Source: an uncultured Chloroflexia bacterium
GTDB taxonomy: Bacteria > Chloroflexota > Limnocylindria > Limnocylindrales > CSP1-4
Length of the DNA: 64,000 bases
NCBI GenBank assembly: GCA_963704325.1
Contig: OY969885.1
Span: forward strand, 76,707-140,706
Direction: 5' to 3'
Within the stretch, counting starts at the first letter, position 1; every line of letters begins with the position of its first letter. This document shows positions 57,203 through 64,000 of the stretch, one piece after another. A program made the translations under genes and the position numbers. The notes beneath the pieces are model-generated. The model made no database searches, had not been told where the DNA came from, and saw nothing but the letters and a program-made list of their open reading frames with translations.

Positions 57203-59482
57203 TCAGAGCAGGCTGTCCGGGTCGACGTCGACCGACCACGGCGCGCCGGGATCGCCGCCCAGCACCGTCATCGGCTGCGCGCCACGGAGCACGACATGGA
57301 AGCGCCACTTGCCCGCGCGCCGCGCGACGTAGGCCGGGGCAGGACCAAGCACGTCGACGTCCGACGCGCCCTTGGCTGACGACGCGCGCAGCAAGTCCGC
57401 CATCTCCGCCGCGCGGCGCTCCGCCTCGTCGCGATCCTCTGTCGCCACGGTCAGCTTGATGAGCCGGCCGAAGGGCGGCGTCCCGAACAGCCTGCGCGAC
57501 GCGAGCTCGGTCTCGTAGAAGGCCTCACCGTCGTCGCGCGCCACGGCCTGGATGACGGCATGATCGGGAAGATACGTCTGGACGATTGCCAGGCCGGGTT
57601 GGTGCCCGCGCCCAGCACGGCCGATGACCTGGGTCAGGAGCTGGTAAGTCCGCTCGGCGGCACGCTCGTCGGGCAGGTTGAGCGCGATATCGGCCGATAC
57701 GACGCCGACCAGCGTGACCTGCGGCACGTCCAGGCCCTTGGCCACCAGGGCTGTTCCCACGAGCACGTCGAGCTCGCCCCCGGAGAACGCGTCGACGACG
57801 CGAGTTGCCTCGTTCCTGCGCTCGACCACATCGCGGTCCAGGCGGCCGACTCGGAGCGCCGGGAAGCGCACAGACACCTCGCGCTGAACCCGCTCCGATC
57901 CTCCGCCCAGGTAGCGGATGCGGGGCGAGTCGCAAGCCGGGCAGCGCCGAGCGATGGGCGCCGTCGCCCCACAGTGATGGCAGCGCAGCGAAAGCGACGA
58001 AGCGTGAAGCACCAGTGGACGGCGGCACTCGGGGCAGATCTGGACGTAACCGCAGTCGCGGCAGATCACGATCGAGGCGCTGCCGCGTCGGTTGATGAGC
58101 AGGATGGCCTGCTCGCCGTCATCGGTCTTGAGCGACTCGAGCGCCGCCACGAGACGGCCAGAGAGCAGCCCGCGGTTGCCCTGGGCGAGCTCGGCGCGCA
58201 AATCGACTACCTCGACCCGCGCGCGAGTGCCGGCCACGCGCGGCAGCCGAGCGTGCTCGTAATCGCCGGCGCGGGCACGGCCGACGGTGGCCACGTCCGG
58301 TGTCGCGCTGCCCAGCACGACCGGGATCCGGGCGAGCCGGCCAAGCTCGATCGCCACGTCGCGCGCCTGGTAACGCGGGGTGCGGTCCGACTTGTAGGCC
58401 GCGTCGTGCTCCTCGTCGACGATGACCAATCCCGGATCGGCGAGCGGGGCCAGCGCCGCGATGCGCGTGCCCAGCACAACACGTACCTCGCCATCCCTGA
58501 TGCGCCGCCACTCGTCGGCGCGTTCGCCGTCGCTCAGGGCGCTGTGCATCAGCGCGACCTCGACATCAAGGTCGTAGCGCAGCCGATCCAGCAACGGCGC
58601 GGCGAGGGCGATCTCGGGCACGAGCACCAGCGCTCCCCTGCCCTGCTCCAGCGCAGCCGCGATCGCGCTCGCGTACACGGCACTCTTACCGCTCGCAGTG
58701 GTGCCCTCGAGGAGCAGGGTCATGTGGTGCGGCTCACGCAACGCGGGGAGCAGCCGGTCAAGCACCGCGTGCTGGTCGACCGTAAGCTCGGCATCCAGCG
58801 GCCGGGTTCCGCGCTGCGGTTCGGCGCGACCGGCCAGCGGCCGCCGCTCGATACGGACGGTTTCAAGCTCGACCAGCCCGCGCCGCAGCAGTCCCGGAAT
58901 GGCGCTCGTTCCATGCCGCTCGGCCAGCCTGGGCGCGGGGACCGCCGAGCCGCTCTGAACGAGCTCAGCGAGCAGCGCGCGCTGGCGCGGACCGAGGCGC
59001 GCCGTGCCCGCCTCGCCTCCGGTGCCGCCCAGCGCCTGCCTGCCCGCGTCTGTGAGCGACACCCGGCGCTCGTGCTTGTCCCGCGTGCGCGGCGGCCGGA
59101 CGTGCCACTCCACATCAACGCCATCCGTGCCGCGCCGGGCAACGCGCTCGATCCGCTCGAGCATGCCCGGCGCCAGCATCTGGCGCACGACGAGAGCCGG
59201 CGGTGCAAGGTAGTGGCGCCCGATGTGCAGGGCGAGGGCAACCTGGAGCGGCGCCAGCAGCGGTCCGTCGCTGCGCACGCGGGCCAGCACAGGCTTTGTC
59301 GCGAGTACCGGCTCCACGTCGCTCAACCCGAGCACGACGCCCAGTGCGCGGCGCCTGCCGTACTCGACCATGACCGCCTCGCCGGCCGTCACATCGTCAA
59401 GCGCCGCGGGAAGGTGGTAGGTGAACGTCTGGCCGCCGTGCGGCCCGGCCGAGTCGACCGCCACCTCCACCCATCGGCGCAC
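57203..59482 (-). CDS. priA: Primosomal protein N' (PriA helicase)
   Basis: EGTTASGKSAVY, DEEHD, and the Zn-finger array CRDCGYVQICPECRRPL...CHHCG...CPACDS. The start at GTG 59482 is uncertain. Confidence 0.9.
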   Translation of the reverse strand: MRRWVEVAVDSAGPHGGQTFTYHLPAALDDVTAGEAVMVEYGRRRALGVVLGLSDVEPVLATKPVLARVRSDGPLLAPLQVALALHIGRHYLAPPALVVRQMLAPGMLERIERVARRGTDGVDVEWHVRPPRTRDKHERRVSLTDAGRQALGGTGGEAGTARLGPRQRALLAELVQSGSAVPAPRLAERHGTSAIPGLLRRGLVELETVRIERRPLAGRAEPQRGTRPLDAELTVDQHAVLDRLLPALREPHHMTLLLEGTTASGKSAVYASAIAAALEQGRGALVLVPEIALAAPLLDRLRYDLDVEVALMHSALSDGERADEWRRIRDGEVRVVLGTRIAALAPLADPGLVIVDEEHDAAYKSDRTPRYQARDVAIELGRLARIPVVLGSATPDVATVGRARAGDYEHARLPRVAGTRARVEVVDLRAELAQGNRGLLSGRLVAALESLKTDDGEQAILLINRRGSASIVICRDCGYVQICPECRRPLVLHASSLSLRCHHCGATAPIARRCPACDSPRIRYLGGGSERVQREVSVRFPALRVGRLDRDVVERRNEATRVVDAFSGGELDVLVGTALVAKGLDVPQVTLVGVVSADIALNLPDERAAERTYQLLTQVIGRAGRGHQPGLAIVQTYLPDHAVIQAVARDDGEAFYETELASRRLFGTPPFGRLIKLTVATEDRDEAERRAAEMADLLRASSAKGASDVDVLGPAPAYVARRAGKWRFHVVLRGAQPMTVLGGDPGAPWSVDVDPDSLL

Positions 59483-59507
59483 AGGTGGAGCGGTCAAGGG
59501 CGTGCCG

Positions 59508-60128
59508 TCAGAGCGTGACGCGCCGGTCGGGGAAGAGGTTGTGCTCGTGGCGAATGATGCGGTCGATCTCGGTCGCCGTCGCAACCGCCTCATCGGTCTC
59601 GTTGACCACCACGTAGTCGTAGTCGGCGCGCCTCTTCATCTCCATCTCCGCGTCGGCGTTGCGCCGCTGGAGCTCCTGCGGCGTCTCCGTGCCGCGGCCC
59701 ACTAGGCGCGCCTCCAGATCTTCGTCAGACGGGGGCGCGACAAAGATGCGCAGCGCGTCCGGGACCAGTCCCTTGACGATGTCGGCGCCCTGCACGTCGA
59801 TCTTCAGGATCGCGTCGCGCCCCCCGCACAGGGCATCTACGACCTGATCGCGTGGTGTCCCGGACCAGTGGCCATGGACCTCGCTCGCCTCCAGCAGACG
59901 GCCGTCGCGCTCCAGGGCACGGAAGTCGTCCGTGTCCACGAAGTTGTAGTGGACGCCGTCGACCTCGTCCTCTCGCGGAGAACGGGTTTTGAAGGTGACC
60001 ACGAAGTGCCGCTCAGGCTGTGCCGGGATCTCGCGCAGATGGCGAAGGATGGTGTCCTTGCCCACGCCCGAGGGTCCGGAGATGATGACCACCATCGCCC
60101 CGGGCGTGCCGGTTACCGGCTCGGTCAC
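59508..60128 (-). CDS. gmk: Guanylate kinase
   Basis: VVIISGPSGVGKDTI...TTR.PR..E..G..Y.FV. GTG 60128 overlaps the rluD stop as GTGA. Confidence 0.92.
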   Translation of the reverse strand: MTEPVTGTPGAMVVIISGPSGVGKDTILRHLREIPAQPERHFVVTFKTRSPREDEVDGVHYNFVDTDDFRALERDGRLLEASEVHGHWSGTPRDQVVDALCGGRDAILKIDVQGADIVKGLVPDALRIFVAPPSDEDLEARLVGRGTETPQELQRRNADAEMEMKRRADYDYVVVNETDEAVATATEIDRIIRHEHNLFPDRRVTL

Positions 60129-61057
60129 CTGCGCGGGCCACGCAGTGCGGCGAGCACCGACTCGAGCTCATCCGGCAGCGGTGCCTCCGCCCTGATCAGG
60201 CGATCGCCGGATACGGCGCTCAGCTCAATTCGCCACGAATGCAGAAACAGCCGGCCCAGCTGATCGGGTCCCTTGCGTGCCACGCCGACAGCGTAGACGG
60301 GGTCGCCCGCGACCGGGTGGCCGATCGACGCGAGGTGGACGCGAATCTGGTGCGTCCGGCCGGTGAGCAGGTCAACATCGAGCAGCGTCCAGCCCTCGAA
60401 CCGCTCGCGCACGCGGTAGCCAGTGGTCGAGGCGCGGCCGCCGGCGATCACCGTCATGCGTCCGTAGTGGCGCGCGTCGCGGCCTATGGGCGCTTCGATC
60501 CGTCCGACCTCGGCGGGCACGGATCCCGCCACAAGCGCGAGATACGTCTTCTTCACGCGGCGTGCCTTGAGCTGCGTCATCAAAGCCGCCTGGGCACGGT
60601 CGTTGCGCGCAACGAGCATCACGCCACTGGTGTCGCGGTCCAGGCGATGGACGATGCCCGGCCGGTCGGCGCCGGCGACCGTGCCGTACGCCTCGATTCC
60701 GCCGCGCGCCAGCAGGGCATTGACCAGCGTGCCGCTCGATCGGCCCGGCGACGGGTGCACCACGAGGCCGGCGGGCTTGTTGATGATCAGCATGTCGTCG
60801 TCTTCGTGGAGCACCTCGAGCGGGATGTCCTCCGCCTCCAGCGTGGGCTGGGCCACGGCCGGGATATCGAGCTCGAGGCTGGTGCCCGGCTCGAGCAAGG
60901 TGTTGCTCTTGATCCTCTCGCCCGCGGAAGTCAGCCGGCCGTCCTCGATCAGCCTCTGAACGTAGGAGCGCGACAGCCCCACGGCATCGGCCACGACCCG
61001 GTCGGCTCGCAGCCGATCGGCGCCGGCGGGGACGGTGACAGTGACGCGCTCGTTCAT
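60125..61057 (-). CDS. rluD: RluA-family 23S rRNA pseudouridine synthase (RluD-like)
   Basis: S4 domain (RADRVVADAVGLSRSYVQRLIEDG), HRLDRDTSGVMLVA and KTYLALV. The ATG is at 61057; the upstream part of the 450-aa ORF is off-frame lspA. Confidence 0.9.
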   Translation of the reverse strand: MNERVTVTVPAGADRLRADRVVADAVGLSRSYVQRLIEDGRLTSAGERIKSNTLLEPGTSLELDIPAVAQPTLEAEDIPLEVLHEDDDMLIINKPAGLVVHPSPGRSSGTLVNALLARGGIEAYGTVAGADRPGIVHRLDRDTSGVMLVARNDRAQAALMTQLKARRVKKTYLALVAGSVPAEVGRIEAPIGRDARHYGRMTVIAGGRASTTGYRVRERFEGWTLLDVDLLTGRTHQIRVHLASIGHPVAGDPVYAVGVARKGPDQLGRLFLHSWRIELSAVSGDRLIRAEAPLPDELESVLAALRGPRR

Positions 61058-61566
61058 CAGGCGGCTGGCCTGCGACTCAGCCGGTTGGTGAGCCGGGTGC
61101 CGAACACGGCCAGGAGGAGCAGGATCAAGAGCGCCGTGCTGATCGCTGCGTCGGCGATGTTGTAGGTATAGAAGCGCAGGCTGCCGATGCCCATGTCGAC
61201 GAAATCGACCACGTAGCCAAAGCGCAGACGGTCGATCAGGTTGCCGATCGCGCCACCCAGCAACAGGCCCAGCCCGAGCGTCAGCAGCCACGGCCCGCTC
61301 ACGCCTTCGCGCCACTGGTAGACCACGATCAGGGCGATGACCAGCGTGCTGGCCAGGCCCAGAATGGTGGCCGAGTTTCCGAACAGGCCAAAGATCCCGC
61401 CGTCGTTGCGCACGATGATCAGGCGCACGAGGTCGCCGACGACCTCGGTTGGTCGCACCACGTTGGCCACGACCCATGCCTTCGAAAGCTGGTCGGCGAT
61501 GACCACCGCCAGCGCGACTGCCCCGAAGATGAGCCAGCGCCTGCTCCGATGGCCGGCGACGGTCAA
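61057..61566 (-). CDS. lspA: Lipoprotein signal peptidase (signal peptidase II)
   Basis: Four TM segments, VRNDGGIFG, and GGAIGNLIDRLRFGYVVDF. The TTG start overlaps the ileS stop as TTGA. Confidence 0.9.
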   Translation of the reverse strand: MTVAGHRSRRWLIFGAVALAVVIADQLSKAWVVANVVRPTEVVGDLVRLIIVRNDGGIFGLFGNSATILGLASTLVIALIVVYQWREGVSGPWLLTLGLGLLLGGAIGNLIDRLRFGYVVDFVDMGIGSLRFYTYNIADAAISTALLILLLLAVFGTRLTNRLSRRPAA

Positions 61567-64000
61567 CTCTGCGGCCCGCGCCGGCTGATGGTCAGCTCGA
61601 CCGATCCCGCCCCCAGCTCAACGTTGGCTGACTGCGCATCTGCAGGTGGGGCATTGTCAGAAAGCTCAGACAGCGTGTCGTCGGCGAGCCGGGCCAGGTA
61701 CGGCCGCAGCGGTTCGATCAGCTCCGGTGCACCGGTCAACCACAGGCCAACTGTCTCGTCGAGCTCCATGCCGGCCTGCTTACGCAGGTCCTGCACCGCG
61801 CGCGACAGCTCTCGTGCGTCACCCTCTGCGCGCAGCTCGTCATCCAGCTCGGTGTCGATCACGACGACCAGCCCGTGGTCGTGCGCGACGGCCGTGCCGG
61901 GGCGTGGCGTGGCGATGATCTCGACCTCGTCGGCGGCAAGCTCCACGCCCGCCAGGCGCACGGCGCCATCGGCCAAATACTCGACCTCGTTGCTGCGCGC
62001 CGCGGCGAGGACATCCTGTGTCCGCCCGCCGAGCCGCTTGCCGATCCTGGGCAGAAGCGGGCGGATGCGCCGCTCAACCAGGTCCGACTCGTCGCCGATG
62101 ACGACCACCTGTTTGACGTTCGTCTCGTCGGCGAGCAGCTCGAGCAGTGCCTGCTCGTCCGAGGGCCGTGTGGGCGCCAGCCGTCCACCGGGCACGGCCA
62201 GCCACATCGTGCGCAACGGCTGGCGCAACCTGAGGTTGGCCTGGCCGCGCAGCGTGCGGGCAAGCTCCACCGCGCGCAGGACGGTGTCCATGGCGGCTTC
62301 CAGCGCCTCGTCGCGGTCGGCGGCAAAGTCGGTCTCAGGCCAAGCCGTCAGGTGCACGGAATCGGGCCCATCTGAGCCGTCATCCAGGTCCACCACGAGG
62401 CGCTGGTAGAGCTCCTCTGACAGGAAGGGCAGGATCGGCGCGATCATGCGCGCCATGCCCACGAGTGCCGCGTGGAGCGTTGCGAACGCCGCCGCGCGGT
62501 CGTCCGCATCCGGGTTGCGCGAGATGCGCCGCCGGCTGCGGCGCAGGTACCAGGTCGACAGCTCGTCGATGTGAGCGCCCAGTCGCAAAGCTGCGCGACG
62601 AGTATCGAAATCGGTCAGGCTGGCGCCCGTGTCGGCCGCCGCCCCTGCGCTGCGCGAGAGGATCCAGCGGTCCAGGATCGGCGCCTGCCCGGCGCCCGGT
62701 CGCGCCTCCGTCCCTGTGGGACGCCAGCCGTCAAGGCGTGCGTACGTCACAAAGAAGGCGAAGACGTTCCACAGCACGAGCAACTCGCGCCGGGCGTCGT
62801 CAGCGGTCCGGTAGCCGAACAGGATGTTGTCCTCCGGCCGCTGACGGGCGTACATCCAGCGCATCACGTCGACGCCCATTCGCTCGGCCGCCTCGTTGAA
62901 CTCGATCGCGTTGCCCCAGCTCTTGTGCATCGGCCGGCCGTCCTCGCCGAAGAGCGTCGCGTAGCCCAGGATCGTCTTGAACGGCGCCCCGCGGCGCAGG
63001 ACGGTGCTCATCGCGAGCATGGAGTAGAACCAGTTGCGGAACTGGCCCGGGAAGGATTCGGTGATGAAGTCGGCCGGGAACCAGCTGCTCCAGAAATCCG
63101 GGTCCGTGCGGTAGTGGAGCGTCGAGAAGGGCACGATGCCCGCATCCAGCCATGGGTTGCCCACGTCCGGGATGCGCGACGTGACCGCACCGCATGACCT
63201 GCATGCGATCTTGACCGCGTCAACGTGAGGCCGGTGGGGCGTGTGGCCCTCGAACTCCGCCCAGCCATCGACGGCGCGCCGCTGCAGCTCATCGCGCCCG
63301 CCGATTACGTCGAAGGCACCGCACTCTGAGCACTCCCAGATCGGTAGCGCCAGGCCCCAGTAGCGCTTCTTGCTGATCATCCAGTCGGACATCGTGCGCA
63401 GCCAGTCGAGCTCGCGCTCGTAGCCGAAGCCGGGGATCCAGCGGATGTCGTCGACGACGTCCATGATCTGGTAGCGCAGGCTGCACTCCTTCTCCGCAGC
63501 CGTCACCTGGTCGCGCGGCTTGTCATAAACCTCGCCCATCGAGATGTACCACTCGTCCACCACCCGGAAGAGCAGGGCCGTGCCACAGCGCCAGCAATGT
63601 GGATAGCGGTGGCTGTACGGCTCGACGCGGTAGAAGAGGCCCTTGCGCTCCAGGTCCTCGACGACCTGCTGGGCAACGTTGTGCGCGTCGAGGCCGGACA
63701 GCCAGCCGAAGCCGGGCAGGTAATGGCCGTCCTCGGTCAGCGGCGCGATTATCGGCAAGCCGAGCGACTTGCCCAGCTGGTAGTCCTCCGCGCCCGCACC
63801 GGGCGCAATGTGGACGATGCCCGTCCCCTCCTCCTCGCTGACCTCGTCCCAGGCCACCACGCGATGCTCGTAGCCCGTGCCACCATCGGCCCTGGCTGGC
63901 GTGTCGAATGCGGTCTGTACGGCGGACAGCTCATCGAAGGGGCCGCGATAACGCCAGCCCACGAGAGCCGAGCCGTCCAGCTCCTCGAGCACCTCGAACC
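61563..64000 (-). CDS. ileS: Isoleucyl-tRNA synthetase (C-terminal ~810 codons; the N-terminus is beyond the window end)
   Basis: Contains the editing (CP1) region, the KMSKS-equivalent segment (GRPMHKSWGN) and the anticodon-binding domain. The frame remains open to position 64000. Confidence 0.92.
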   Translation of the reverse strand, partial: FEVLEELDGSALVGWRYRGPFDELSAVQTAFDTPARADGGTGYEHRVVAWDEVSEEEGTGIVHIAPGAGAEDYQLGKSLGLPIIAPLTEDGHYLPGFGWLSGLDAHNVAQQVVEDLERKGLFYRVEPYSHRYPHCWRCGTALLFRVVDEWYISMGEVYDKPRDQVTAAEKECSLRYQIMDVVDDIRWIPGFGYERELDWLRTMSDWMISKKRYWGLALPIWECSECGAFDVIGGRDELQRRAVDGWAEFEGHTPHRPHVDAVKIACRSCGAVTSRIPDVGNPWLDAGIVPFSTLHYRTDPDFWSSWFPADFITESFPGQFRNWFYSMLAMSTVLRRGAPFKTILGYATLFGEDGRPMHKSWGNAIEFNEAAERMGVDVMRWMYARQRPEDNILFGYRTADDARRELLVLWNVFAFFVTYARLDGWRPTGTEARPGAGQAPILDRWILSRSAGAAADTGASLTDFDTRRAALRLGAHIDELSTWYLRRSRRRISRNPDADDRAAAFATLHAALVGMARMIAPILPFLSEELYQRLVVDLDDGSDGPDSVHLTAWPETDFAADRDEALEAAMDTVLRAVELARTLRGQANLRLRQPLRTMWLAVPGGRLAPTRPSDEQALLELLADETNVKQVVVIGDESDLVERRIRPLLPRIGKRLGGRTQDVLAAARSNEVEYLADGAVRLAGVELAADEVEIIATPRPGTAVAHDHGLVVVIDTELDDELRAEGDARELSRAVQDLRKQAGMELDETVGLWLTGAPELIEPLRPYLARLADDTLSELSDNAPPADAQSANVELGAGSVELTISRRGPQS

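Noticed and set aside
1-64000. CRISPR arrays, rRNA/tRNA genes, transposases/integrases, and toxin-antitoxin pairs.
   Set aside because: None was recognised on reading the intergenic regions and the ORF translations.

Overview
High-GC (roughly 68-70% by eye) bacterial chromosome segment. It is densely packed, and nearly all genes lie on the minus strand. Many neighbours are translationally coupled by 4-nt ATGA/GTGA/TTGA overlaps. Gene order in coordinate order: pnp-rpsO, an accessory island, ribF-truB-nrnA-rbfA-infB-ylxR-nusA, proS, ispG-rseP-dxr-cdsA-uppS-frr-pyrH-tsf-rpsB, yraN, rnhB-rplS, an inserted gene, trmD-rimM-KH-rpsP, an inserted gene, ffh, ftsY-smc-rnc-acpP-nusB-plsX-rpmF-yceD, coaD-rsmD-recG-yloV, rpmB, dtd-rpe-rlmN-fmt-def-priA-gmk-rluD-lspA-ileS. 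From memory this order resembles the actinobacterial housekeeping core; phylum assignment is inference only. Two things stand out. (1) A ~7.5-kb accessory island (3436-10907) is wedged between ribF and rpsO. It carries the tailoring and leader-processing genes of a paeninodin-type lasso-peptide cluster: PqqD-like RRE, B2-like transglutaminase protease, HPr-kinase-like kinase, PF14907-like nucleotidyltransferase, sulfotransferase and GT2 glycosyltransferases. It has no Asn-synthetase-like lasso cyclase, no exporter and no recognisable precursor gene. Two of its genes show apparent +1 frame switches. (2) The PNPase gene carries an in-frame DnaQ-like DEDDh 3'-5' exonuclease domain, with all three Exo motifs intact, inserted between the two RNase PH halves. 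Smaller observations: a promoter plus terminator-like leader upstream of nusA with no rimP; RNase III lacking a canonical start codon; extra genes inserted in the trmD-rplS and ffh-rpsP junctions; and a few unexplained non-coding spacers. No rRNA, tRNA, CRISPR array or transposase was seen. Start codons were chosen by eye from overlaps, SD motifs and family N-termini, and are less certain than stops. The many long off-frame or antisense ORFs in the track are high-GC artefacts.
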